Part shown: piece after piece, positions 57,601-64,000 of the stretch | Position numbering within the stretch: the stretch's first letter is position 1 | How the letters are laid out: the number at the start of each line of letters is the position of its first letter | Origin: an uncultured virus (IMG/VR IMGVR_UViG_3300042997_000753) | Taxonomy: Duplodnaviria; Heunggongvirae; Uroviricota; Caudoviricetes | IMG/VR virus record: IMGVR_UViG_3300042997_000753 | Length of the DNA stretch: 64,000 nt | Reading direction: 5' to 3' (one strand) | Translations under genes and position numbers: made by a program | The notes under the pieces: generated by a model | What the model was told of the DNA's origin: nothing | Databases searched by the model: none | Seen by the model: the letters and a program-made list of their open reading frames with translations, nothing else

Positions 57601-60405
57601 TACAACGTATTCTTTGAGATTGTAGGCGCCGCTGCCCACCATATCAGAATCTGCAAATGCATCTTTTTGCGTTTTAACTTTAGACATAGTGGCCAATATT
57701 TCATCAACAAATCCAACAGGATCTAGATTATATATGGCGGTTTCAGCAAATTTAATAAAGTTATTTTTAAATTCTGTATAAGATTTTTTTGCGTACTGAA
57801 TAGATTTAATAACGTTTACGTGTTTGTCGCACAGTAACATTATTGCTGTAGGAGTAATTCCTGAATGTTTTAGAAATCTTCTTGAAAGATTTTGATATCC
57901 GGTAAGATCTCTTAGATTACTCGAGCCTGGATATGATCCGTTAAATTGATCAAATAAGTCTAGCGCCGTTGAAACATGATCGACTGCCTGTCCTAGAGTA
58001 AATGTTTTTACTTCGCTGTTCAGAGGATTTTTTTCAAGTCCTACTGGAATCTCATAATATCCCAAGTGAGGATCTGCATCTGCAAAAACTTTAATTGTAA
58101 CAATGTCATTTATTTTAAAACTGGTAGGAAACGTAAAAATATTCTGATTTCTAGTGTAGCTTCCAGAATATTTTATTCCGTTAACGTAGATTAAAATTTT
58201 AGAAATCTCATCGTCTTGAACGTCTGTCCATTTGATACCATTGCTAACAATTTGTGTTGAAACTTCAGTAACTGTGGTACTGTAAATTACCGGTTGTAAG
58301 TATGTTCGATCAGATTTAAGCCATCCGTTGGCATAACTTCCAGTATGTGTAAATTTGTAATAACCTTGTCTAATTGTCTTGTTGAATACTTTTTTGTCAA
58401 AATTATAATTAAATGTATCTACATCCCAGTCAAAATTAAATTCAATATCTCCTACATTGTTGATATTTAGATAACTTAAGCTAAATCCTAATTCGGTATC
58501 AACAATACTGTTTCCAACTTTATAGCTTACTAGTTTAGTTCCTAAGAAACTGCTAACAGGATATGTGTCCATGTCTCCGTAACTGACACCATTATCGTCA
58601 AATACATCAAATAACGGACTTTGATTTACTGCGGTTTTCTTTTGACTGGCTACCCAAGATGTACCGTTAAAGTGATACATTATTCCTTTGTTTAATAGGC
58701 CGCGTCTAACAAACACTCCGTCACCGATGGTAGAAGTTGCGTCGGTAGTTTCTACTAAATTGATTTGTCTACGGTTATTGTGAATTATAAAGTTCACTGT
58801 GTAAATTCTATTATTGGCTAATGTGTCGGTATCTGCTGTGACCAATAATCTAGCACCATTAAATAATTCTTCACCGTCGACATTGTATCCAATACTGCCT
58901 TCTATGGTTGAAAATACGTCGGTGGTAAAAGTATCAATAAAATCAACTGGCGTTTTTGCTAGGCTACCGTGATTGAATAACTGCAGATTTGAAGAAAATT
59001 CAATAATAGGTCTTTTGGCTCTCGCTGTTTCAATCGAATCAAACTCGCTATCGTTAAAACTGTGTGCCTGTTCTAGAACCGATCGGTGAAACCATCTGTT
59101 GTATCTACTCCAAGGATTTGAATCTTGGCTGGCTCTATTAATTGTAATATAGTCTTTGAATTCTGGATATGTGGCCGCATCATCAAAGGGCTCTGTGTCA
59201 AATCCGCCATCGTCAAACAACACTTCTAGACTTGTTGTGCTAAGGGTCGGGGGAGATAAATCTTGAAATCTAATTAATCTAATAGATTCTCCAACACCTT
59301 CTATTACCCAAGTGTCTGCGGAATATTTTGTAGGTGTTACTAGACCAGAAAATCTAACTTTCATACCGTTGGTAAATGTAATACCATTACTGCTGACATA
59401 TGTGGTTTTACCAATAACTTCGTTAGTGATATCAATTTTGGTATTTGATTCAATATCAGCAACAAGGAATCTACCAAATCTATTAATATCTGTGGCGCTT
59501 TGATAAAATAATACATCGGGTGCATCTAACGGTACAGTAAAAGTCAAAGTACCATTAGTTGCTCCTTGCCCGGTAATTCCTGTATTATAGTCTAATGCAG
59601 TAGCTTGACTAGCTGCTTCGATATATTCCCAATCTTGACTATCTTCGTCTATGGTACTTCCATCAGTTACAGGAATAAAAGTTTTAGCTTTCCATAACTT
59701 GTTATTGAATACTGCAAATTGACCTTGCTGATATGGTAGATAAGGTTTGTAAATTAATGATCCAGTATCATAGGCAGTTTTAATAACAAACCCTTCGCCC
59801 GGTGCATTGACCTGAAATTTGTAGGTTTGTCCTCTATAGAGTGTGAGAGAGGGATTTAACGACAGACCGTCTGGGAAAAATACCCAAGATGATCCTACTC
59901 CTAATCTTACTCTATATGTGCTGGTTATAGACTGTCGTTGACCAAATACTGTGATAGGTGGAGGACCATCCGGCACCCAATAGTATTCACGAAAATTTAC
60001 AAACTTGTCCCAATCGATCGGAGGATTCCAAGAATAGTGATCTTGATCTGTGATTAAATCATCTCTTTCTAGATTGTTGCCAAAAAATTTCAATTGATTT
60101 TTAAAATCTATATAATCATAAAAATTTTCTACTTTGTCTTTTTCTTTGATTGTAACACCAGGTTCTAATTGATATCTACTTCTAAGAGTTGCATCTGTGT
60201 CTAAGTATACGTCCGAACCATTATAAGTTTTACCGTATCTACGGCCTACATAACCAACTGTTTTAGATAACGTACCAGGTTGAACCAAGGGATCAACAAC
60301 TGCAGACATAAATTTTGCATTAGTTTCAGTTTGAAAGACTTCTGGTAGAAGTTCTACAGTTCTGCGAATTGGTAACTGACTTTGAGGGAAAATATCTTTT
60401 GCCAT
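45649..60405 (-). CDS. giant (4918 aa) baseplate/adhesin-like virion protein
   Basis: Uninterrupted 14.7-kb ORF after the gp6-like gene; FG-GAP-like, CBM-like and GxGY repeats. Confidence 0.8.
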   Translation of the reverse strand: MAKDIFPQSQLPIRRTVELLPEVFQTETNAKFMSAVVDPLVQPGTLSKTVGYVGRRYGKTYNGSDVYLDTDATLRSRYQLEPGVTIKEKDKVENFYDYIDFKNQLKFFGNNLERDDLITDQDHYSWNPPIDWDKFVNFREYYWVPDGPPPITVFGQRQSITSTYRVRLGVGSSWVFFPDGLSLNPSLTLYRGQTYKFQVNAPGEGFVIKTAYDTGSLIYKPYLPYQQGQFAVFNNKLWKAKTFIPVTDGSTIDEDSQDWEYIEAASQATALDYNTGITGQGATNGTLTFTVPLDAPDVLFYQSATDINRFGRFLVADIESNTKIDITNEVIGKTTYVSSNGITFTNGMKVRFSGLVTPTKYSADTWVIEGVGESIRLIRFQDLSPPTLSTTSLEVLFDDGGFDTEPFDDAATYPEFKDYITINRASQDSNPWSRYNRWFHRSVLEQAHSFNDSEFDSIETARAKRPIIEFSSNLQLFNHGSLAKTPVDFIDTFTTDVFSTIEGSIGYNVDGEELFNGARLLVTADTDTLANNRIYTVNFIIHNNRRQINLVETTDATSTIGDGVFVRRGLLNKGIMYHFNGTSWVASQKKTAVNQSPLFDVFDDNGVSYGDMDTYPVSSFLGTKLVSYKVGNSIVDTELGFSLSYLNINNVGDIEFNFDWDVDTFNYNFDKKVFNKTIRQGYYKFTHTGSYANGWLKSDRTYLQPVIYSTTVTEVSTQIVSNGIKWTDVQDDEISKILIYVNGIKYSGSYTRNQNIFTFPTSFKINDIVTIKVFADADPHLGYYEIPVGLEKNPLNSEVKTFTLGQAVDHVSTALDLFDQFNGSYPGSSNLRDLTGYQNLSRRFLKHSGITPTAIMLLCDKHVNVIKSIQYAKKSYTEFKNNFIKFAETAIYNLDPVGFVDEILATMSKVKTQKDAFADSDMVGSGAYNLKEYVVEDTEIITFALNAKFNLTQLSRTAVYIYINNVQLIHGIDYTFNDTFGFVSISKALTQGDIIQIKEYVSSSFCFIPPTPSKLGLYKTYIPSLFLDDTYVTPINVIRGHDGSITVAYGDFRDDVLLELEKRIYNNIKQEYTEDLFSQDNILGGYYGSSTYTKQDLDSVISSEFLRWFSETNVDYLTNTFFDSEDSFTYTYSNMGDPTGQLNLPGWWRGVYTWLYDTDRPHRCPWEMLGFSQQPSWWEDQYGSAPYTKNNLLLWEDLAAGIIRQGSRAGIYDRYKRATLLNHIPVDGDGNLLSPFESGAATNFVLYNNKGTFKFGDIAPVEYAWRSSSDYPFVIMLALCLMRPYEFIIETLDKSRIKVNKIGQTVNKNTNLFFKNSDIIVPTSGGNQTSGLVNYVVDYLRSRGLTESVLQKKIDNLDVNLSTRLSGFVDQSQQKYILDSKNPSASTSNIFLPQENYDINFNISAPISSPSYSAVVIEKLAGGFKLFGYDISEPYFKYFEAVKSTNDPLLSVGGVSENFIDWESNKIFGNGTIIRVADIFYRCIKSHTSGIDFDVQFWQRIAKLPLVGAVEVFRRRTVNTATVQEIPYGTIFSTLQEIADFIIGYDAYLQSQGFEFTGYDGNLESAKDWITSIKELLFWSKHQWADSSLITLSPAAAKIELNIDIGVADNLLDSFYDYNILKVDGTILPVEFINVNREFKKLTVDVVNDSDGIYFFRCYFVLKEHVTIFDDRTVFNDVLYDKPTGYRQERIKSRGFRTVDWDGDYTSPGFLFDNVNIQIWQPFTDYKLGDIVNYKSYNWTSLVNQQGSIQFNDSNWTKLDTTPAKGLISNFDVRVSQFEDYYNVDADGAGASQRELARHLIGYQTREYLQNLAEDNVTQFKLYQGFIREKGTANAVVKVFDKLSRITADSIVLDEEWAFNVGRLGGLDQLNEIEFEIVKDNLLVNPQAIVITNGPISKNLSDKYLRVNQTNFTRSLIPYSVDINPLTNYQGITRNAGYVKTDQIELFVRSRDDILSLDISSLVENSHIWVTFDNASWTVLRLNLSTALTIEDIVKDSATNVVTVTVNQKHGLVLDEIVGIKDIENFTGFYKVVAVTDYTFAVQAAAGPTPAAPDISSIQYNIYLLTQSRFDSYQDIGDQTAALLKQGSKLWIDNADETVGNWEVVEKQRLYAEKTITNFGATDPRNTGRAVVYAANLKQVITGIPSANSVMVYSETATGLSVKEILQPETEFTNTTANSFGDAIAISPDNVWLAVGAPLASGVPSRFKGIYEDSYIDPLIPAASYRAGDIVLQNGKLWEATNDQQPGDGSTNTLNTLSVNFRNEDWKLVDIVYANASGAVGPIHQGMVVLYKRKNNAWELQHTILSPRIEANEKFGSSISIGVSGANYYMSVSAPGSLNDLGRVYLYKYTGTTAGSTTQILTFNGTSAVNYAVNTITFSRNHNLITGQLVRYLNGTYAGDDKSLATSPPPPEDYTILYAIRITDTVIQLATSVVTATAGTEIDLKDFGIDDSSSHTLISTATVGWKQLGDPEYRGLYTNSASSIYSQGSKVWYEGRIYQALEDTYGDGTSLDLSTSNSWQVLDESVTEVSLPSNIALIDSGNILPILQDSSTAILGSVYPLVTAGNFIVGEIYTIEDYGTTNFQLIGNNPASGDGLTFKATGVGSGTGKARWKSYQFAELIKAGDKFGQSQAMSRDGGILVVGAPESDGIYIANYKGLWVNYQTYYEDDVVKYQNVYYRLTDVVEENTADSALQDSTLIVSSKGQSPATYNQSFNVYLTDEQNNPFRLWFEIDTVSTDSSGKIFIYKRNSSDVYELAQTITAGSLTEISDVLNIDNLNTGDKFGAAVDIDYNGTTIIASSPLADVKSTDQGAVFVFKSDQLDSVSYRLKQRLISHENYTNEYFGSAISISPATEKIVVGATNASFNLFTIYDQGSTSFDNTNTTFSSDEGNTGQVYVFERKDQTYHLTEKLYVTDLQDWESFGSSVDCVGSVIAVGSPTYRDTVYRIGVGFLTIILPGASGNNALTVDVVIQDGVIVSAIAKDSGAGYTVSDFNDDTDAIEINGSADKARIKVQEMSGSTITKLFVSYGGSGYTGSAEVIETGQVRLFTKDITKNSWNIIASKQDLTDIELFKNISIYDNENNVKISDIEIVDHYKLKILGAAEQELKFKTLYDPATYTNGTDQQEVDESQAWFEKHVGELWWDLSTAKWLLYEQGDISYRIGNWNQLAYGASIDVYEWVESKYLPSRWATLADTTEGLAQGISGQPLYPDNTVYSVKILTNPSTGETTDTKYYYWIKNKNIVPKNVPGRRITASDVKSYIENPIGTGQPILTPIAADTLLAFNFESLISSNTALVNIQYRKNLKALNSIHNEYQLLTEGVADSLPTETLEAKWIDSLVGYDLAGNIVPDASIPIKQRYGISFRPRQTMFKDRFSILKTVITNINSVLKTRAFSDTLNFINLGSVEQEPSNVLNQYDIRVDTLTDLAEVGTTRVKKAVLRANIVDGEIDTIDIIDSGFGYRNAPFVNIEGNGQGATAQVTIDSQGRLNSATVLSKGRRYTSAVAEIRYFSVLVAQDSSIDNYWSIYSWDDIRKTFFRSKSQAFNTSKYWEYIDWWQDGYGETSRIVKEIADLYQEPSIFVNVGDLIRIQEFANGGWAVLEKTEPTQGNILDNYILVGRKNGTINLIIDDLVSVQNIGYDNTVSFDADVYDINPTQELRNILKAAKEDIFTEDLRVEWNKLFFTSIRYAFVEQPYIDWAFKTSFLNATHNVGDLEQKINYKNDNLENFQEYIEEIKPYRTTIREYISKYTDRDTSYSGTTDFDLPPVYSTQDGKILPIRSTSDKFTSYPWKWWTDNNGYVVTGISVSNGGADYTEVPSVIIEGNGTGATAQAFVANGSVVAVKILNKGQGYTQAPTISLVGGNGTSQSIAKAVAIIGETAARTFDLTVKFDRLAKQGIYQKFTKSEIFTATGFSAVFQLQYAPNRDKSKISITKNNQIVLNSEYTITLYTSTTDTYSLIKGKLIFNTTPALGDVIEINYEKNVELFDSINRIQNYYAPTEGMRGNELAQLMTGIDFGGVQIQGTTFDVTGGWDALPWFTDSWDSVESNSDFYYVADGSTIAVTLPFIPAAGEQISVYWKPSGTRIPGDIQTLGTQPDGYTVIVAANNPAVIIESEIAAPKTIRVDDPNWIQNWDSSNATNPNAQMPTFVGDGSTRVVEIGQYISVEPGDTLIFRKLDSDGSVTITDVNLLDTRLSGGSLSNISGAYQTANGLTAEEIVIDGDKFISPDQVPAPEENIPGQVLESVSIKVFHTYPQGSALIQNTIVYSDGVKFRYAIGIDILENNSVIVYINKIKQEPSQDYIIDYETNEVVFNSAPTSATIIEILAFGLGGINLLDYQEFVADGVTTLFLTKAIFSQTSSILVTVNGDAIDTGFLDSVDFTDTPDKTLVQFGIAPTINSVVKVVCLGPGLDTDSTGQSIIRVNNQTIVYDGSTTRFVVDKFVNLSRASAISNLLVNINGQQVNGPDTVLTVYDGTNNQITIGVDPIRFPGSITYPDIEVFVNNNPTIQVVDYTLNSGSNIITVRSDILDIGDVIRIVVTAFADYQIDSDEIIFTDAIMATLENNDDSTTKDMIEIVWFSEYPSMDIVADQFLGGKVQYQLSRTPINSSYVWVYVNGVRQTQDRDFSVSLPRGVVYLNVETTIDDDVKIVEFGNDVYRFPSAYEIYKDMLNIYHFKRYSRNDVKLALALNYYDQSITVINGDQLYDPTDRSVSGIVYINNERIEYLQKSGNVLTQLRRGSLGTAIAMIHAVGSYVTDSGPLETIPYNETQHRLDFVSDGSTLLVGPLDFVPTQGTRNSWFRGIDTVTGDPNIPVTHGPCDQVEIFVAGTRLRKNPVDVFDEDLGPNGSKEIEAEFSVDGTSPYIRLTKSIPAGTRITVIRKTGRTWYDRGVTTASAGRPLQKNSTAISNFILQKTTFIPE

Positions 60406-60409
60406 AATT

Positions 60410-63400
60410 TTATTGTGTTGAGTTTACTATAGATGCCACATCTGCACGTATTTCAACCGCAGTAATTGCTGTAACAATTACGATATCATCTACTGTTGCG
60501 CCGCTGATAAAAATTTCTTCTGGTTGACTTTGTATTTCAAATAGACTACCGAATGTTTGGTCTGGTTGTCTAGGTACGATCACAAGATTACTAACATCCG
60601 GTGCAACTTCGTTGGTAATGTATGTAATTAATTCTCCTAGGTAAAATCTGTCTCCGAAATCCCAATTGTTAATATCAAAGAAACTGTTGATTGCCGAAAC
60701 TATTCTTACCTTTAGATCATTATCATTGATTGTTTTGTAGGGATTTTTGACCACTTTAAATTGTGCCTGTAGTTTAGGATCGGCTGTACTACCAAATAGA
60801 ATTTTGTAATTTACAGGATGATAGATTAATTCATCACTGATAGATTTAATTAAATTCAACTGCGTTCCGAATGCTATTCTCAATGCGTCACTAGTTGGAA
60901 CTTCAGGTTGGCTTATGGCTCCTGCTATATACTTTCTAAATTCAGTATCGTAGGTTCTTGTTAAAAGAAAAATATCCATTATATTACTTACACTAGGATC
61001 TATTCTTCGATCAATGTTGGCATTATGAATATATTGAAATTTGAGATCGGCTCGACCTATCACTGCTTTGTAATCAGATTCGATTATCAAGGTATTAGTG
61101 CCTAGGTCAACACGCTTTATTCTATTTTCATTACTGGCATAAAAATAAATTAATTGTCCGTTGACATAATCAGAAATAATAATATTGCTTTCAGTTTGTC
61201 TAATTAGAATAGTATCGTTGATGTTATCAACATAAGAATACGTTGTGTATCCGGAAGCATCTGTTGTTTTATAAAAAAACAAGTATTTTAGATCTAGATC
61301 TTGACCAACTATCTGTTCAAACGAATCAGGGTTGTCAATAACACCATCGTCGTCGCTGTCGGCAAATGATAGTTTTATTTCATTGGCACTTTGATAACCA
61401 TCTTCAAATTTGATTACATCACTGACTTCAAATGTTTTGTCATTTTTCAAAGCATTTATCAAGCCGTTATCGGAATTTATTCCAAGAATATTAACTTTGT
61501 CTTTGACTGTTTTTCCAGTTGTTCTATCAAAAGTTTTTTGATTTACATCAAAATAAAATCTGTTCTGTTCTAGACTTCTAAAAATATAATCTAGTCCTCT
61601 GATTCTCACATTATAACTGTCTGGCTGTCTTACAAACGCTACTATCCAAGACGTGTCTAGATTACTGTTAGTAGTATCTCCGGCACGACCTAGACTAAAA
61701 TCATTTAATAGATCAATATTTGCAGAGGTAATAATTTTCCAAGAACTTTCTATAGACTCATATCTTAGACCAAAATTCACATTCAAGCTAATGAGATTGG
61801 TCATTTCATTTTCTAGAGCAGTTGGCAAGTTGTTGACGAATCTAGGAACTATCCGTGTCGCAATTGCTCCTGTAGGTACAACATCATTGAACACAATAGG
61901 ACCAAGTCCGTTGGCCAATGCTCCGCGGCCAGCGTTAGTTCCGTCTCCTGTAATTTTAACAACTTTAACCCAAATTCTATCTGTCTGTTCTACATCTGCG
62001 GCACTGACGTTGACGATCGCACCCTTTTTAAAGGCCTTACCGGCAGGAGGTTGAAATTTAATCAGTGCTCCTGCAAACACATATTTCAAAGAGTTAGTGG
62101 TATATGTTCCAACTTTGAATAATGACTGATCTATGTTGTTGATAAAATAGCCCGTGGATGAATTTACATCGTTGGTAGTTTGCGTCCAAAGTGTGTTTGA
62201 ATCTGTGAATTGTATTTTTGTAAAATTTGTTAGATAAAAATTATACACATCTGTGTTGGTCAACAGGGGTTCTATGTTGTTTCTGATGTAATTTATAATA
62301 TCAATTCTGTTGGTATACTTGAAAGACTCTGTTCTTTCTGTTTGTTCTTTGTATATCACTCCATCGTCTGCAAAAACATTTACACTTGAGTATTTTCCGC
62401 TGGCATCAATTACGTCAAAATTTCTACTGATGCCGCTGCTGGTTCGATTGATAGCTTTGACTTTTAAAATATCTTGACTGCTGGACAATGGGGCTAGATT
62501 ATAATCTTCCCCAGTGATCATGCGATTTTGTGTGTAATAAATTGCAGGAGCACGGGCTTTGATACTGTCAATGTCTTCAGAGGCTGTTGCAGTGCTAATG
62601 GTATATTTCAAACTACAACTGATCAATAAGTCGTGTCTTACACCTGCTTTGTTTATATAAGGCACAGAAATATTGATTGCTCGCATTTCAGCAGGACTAA
62701 CTGTGTAGCTGAGACCGTTACTGACTCTATAGTATGCTTTGAAAGCTCCTTGGGGCAAGTTGCCATAAGTGCCGTCTGCAAATACCAAATCAATTTTATC
62801 ATCTTCTTTGGTAATCACACTATAGATATTTCTTATATTTGAATTGATACTGTTGTAGGCAATATTGCTGCCTGTGATACTGCTAACCTTGGTCCACGCA
62901 GATCCTTGTGTGCCATCTGAATTTGTGGCAAACAACCAAACATCTGAATCATTGATTCCGGTAACATCAACAGAAATAACTTCGTTTGTGGTAGGAACAT
63001 CAACACTAAAATCAGTTAATTCTAGACTGCCTTGTTTCAACAGCATAAAGAAACCAGTGTTAGCACTGGCACTGCCTTTGCCGTCTTGTCTATAAATAAA
63101 TCCTAATTGACTGCCGGGAATAGGCGGTTCTTCATAGTAATCTTCTGCGCCGATAAAACTGGTACTTACCAATTCAAACGGCATCTTTCTACTGGCCACT
63201 ATTTTTTCAAAGTTGAAAATTGGTACATCTGTAAAATTAGATCTAAATCTATACTGTTGTGAATCAATGCCTTGAATTGTGTCAGTCCCCTGACTGCGGC
63301 CAAATTCAGTGTTGTCTGCCATTGCAGAATTTATAACTAAAATAAATTGCTCTAACCAATTTGAATTGGTAGGATCATTCCAAATAATTGTTTGGCTGGC

Positions 63401-63811
63401 AAGATTCTTGTTGTTGCTGTCTAGTACCCCTTCTGTGGTAGACACTGTGTCAAATTTAATTAAGCCTTGTGCAGGAATATTTCTTCTGCTGTTGTAGGAA
63501 ATCAATCGGGCTAATCGAAGTACAGACTCTTTGGTTTCTGCTAGTTCTAAAAAATTCTCTCTACTGGCTAGGTCAGTACGGAAAGCTAGACTCTGTCCTA
63601 GAAACGCAACTGCATCTATCAGTGCTAGATATTCTGAACTTTCAATATAATCGTTAAAATCTTCTGGATAATTTTCACGAAGATAGGTGATAATAACCCT
63701 ACGCAGATTTTCAAAATCATAGCTTTTAAAGTCAGCATTTTTAAAGGTCTGATAAATTCTTTTCCAGTCCTGGTTTAAAATTAAATTGTTCTGTCTAGAC
63801 GTAGTTGTCAT
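60410..63811 (-). CDS. baseplate wedge protein (T4 gp6-like)
   Basis: YDFENLR...DFNDY...ENFLELAETKESVLRLA; QNRMITGEDY; follows the gp25-like gene. Confidence 0.85.
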   Translation of the reverse strand: MTTTSRQNNLILNQDWKRIYQTFKNADFKSYDFENLRRVIITYLRENYPEDFNDYIESSEYLALIDAVAFLGQSLAFRTDLASRENFLELAETKESVLRLARLISYNSRRNIPAQGLIKFDTVSTTEGVLDSNNKNLASQTIIWNDPTNSNWLEQFILVINSAMADNTEFGRSQGTDTIQGIDSQQYRFRSNFTDVPIFNFEKIVASRKMPFELVSTSFIGAEDYYEEPPIPGSQLGFIYRQDGKGSASANTGFFMLLKQGSLELTDFSVDVPTTNEVISVDVTGINDSDVWLFATNSDGTQGSAWTKVSSITGSNIAYNSINSNIRNIYSVITKEDDKIDLVFADGTYGNLPQGAFKAYYRVSNGLSYTVSPAEMRAINISVPYINKAGVRHDLLISCSLKYTISTATASEDIDSIKARAPAIYYTQNRMITGEDYNLAPLSSSQDILKVKAINRTSSGISRNFDVIDASGKYSSVNVFADDGVIYKEQTERTESFKYTNRIDIINYIRNNIEPLLTNTDVYNFYLTNFTKIQFTDSNTLWTQTTNDVNSSTGYFINNIDQSLFKVGTYTTNSLKYVFAGALIKFQPPAGKAFKKGAIVNVSAADVEQTDRIWVKVVKITGDGTNAGRGALANGLGPIVFNDVVPTGAIATRIVPRFVNNLPTALENEMTNLISLNVNFGLRYESIESSWKIITSANIDLLNDFSLGRAGDTTNSNLDTSWIVAFVRQPDSYNVRIRGLDYIFRSLEQNRFYFDVNQKTFDRTTGKTVKDKVNILGINSDNGLINALKNDKTFEVSDVIKFEDGYQSANEIKLSFADSDDDGVIDNPDSFEQIVGQDLDLKYLFFYKTTDASGYTTYSYVDNINDTILIRQTESNIIISDYVNGQLIYFYASNENRIKRVDLGTNTLIIESDYKAVIGRADLKFQYIHNANIDRRIDPSVSNIMDIFLLTRTYDTEFRKYIAGAISQPEVPTSDALRIAFGTQLNLIKSISDELIYHPVNYKILFGSTADPKLQAQFKVVKNPYKTINDNDLKVRIVSAINSFFDINNWDFGDRFYLGELITYITNEVAPDVSNLVIVPRQPDQTFGSLFEIQSQPEEIFISGATVDDIVIVTAITAVEIRADVASIVNSTQ

Positions 63812-63829
63812 TTTCGTTCCCTATACTGA

Positions 63830-63836
63830 TATTTAT
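63830..63836 (-). promoter_or_regulatory. late promoter-like ATAAATA
   Basis: Intergenic, upstream of SD AGGGA. Confidence 0.5.
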
Positions 63837-63857
63837 TGTAAAAATAAAATGCGTATT

Positions 63858-63998
63858 TTATGTTATTGTGTTATCTCTATCAAAGTCTAAACGCAGTGTA
63901 TCGGTGATATCAAATGGTAGTATCACTATTTCTGCTTCTATGCGTATGCCTTGTTGTGTGCTATCTATAGACACTGAGTTTACTTTTACACGTTTATC
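63858..63998 (-). CDS. C-terminal fragment of a gp25-like baseplate protein (partial)
   Basis: ...DKRVKVNSVSIDSTQQGIRIEAEIVILPFDITDTLRLDFDRDNTIT*; position before the gp6-like gene. Confidence 0.6.
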   Translation of the reverse strand, partial: DKRVKVNSVSIDSTQQGIRIEAEIVILPFDITDTLRLDFDRDNTIT

Positions 63999-64000
63999 AA

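Noticed and set aside
476..63657. Numerous short antisense or alternate-frame ORFs in the track (e.g. 1357..1704, 21957..22313, 43663..44139, 53783..54172)
   Set aside because: They lie wholly within well-supported genes, have no SD, and their composition mirrors the sense codons
1..64000. Stop-codon reassignment
   Set aside because: Long genes are intact in the standard code, and TAA, TAG and TGA all terminate genes
1..64000. CRISPR array, tRNA or rRNA genes, diversity-generating retroelement
   Set aside because: Intergenic gaps are under about 100 nt; I saw no spaced direct repeats, cloverleaf motifs, reverse transcriptase or near-identical repeat pair

Overview
The window is 64 kb of a large, AT-rich, T4-related tailed dsDNA phage (likely a myovirus), translated with the standard code and very densely coding. 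I saw no tRNA, rRNA or CRISPR features. The plus strand (1-27641) has three blocks. (i) A late cluster (about 0.8-6.8 kb) of charged proteins with T4 capsid-targeting-like N-termini and repeated (V/L/I)xE sites, plus an HxGH nucleotidyltransferase and an ErpA-type Fe-S carrier. (ii) A replication block: DsbA-like protein, family B DNA polymerase with a candidate tandem-hairpin operator, probable sliding clamp and T4-type RNase H. (iii) A 7-deazaguanine DNA-modification region: DpdA/TGT-fold protein, QueD paralogue with the DpdL-type LxxxHRHxF motif, FolE and QueE, interleaved with a GT-B glycosyltransferase, two 2OG-Fe(II) oxygenases, dCMP deaminase and a MazG-like enzyme. An HNH endonuclease appears to have inserted into the 5' end of queE and supplied a recoded replacement start. 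The minus strand (27647-64000) is a late structural region: gp25-like and gp6-like baseplate proteins, a 4918-aa adhesin-like protein, four paralogous fibre proteins and two paralogous small virion proteins. It ends in a cluster of four GT-A-like glycosyltransferases, two radical SAM enzymes and an SGNH-like protein, a candidate virion-glycosylation system. All functional calls come from recognising motifs by eye; no searches were run.
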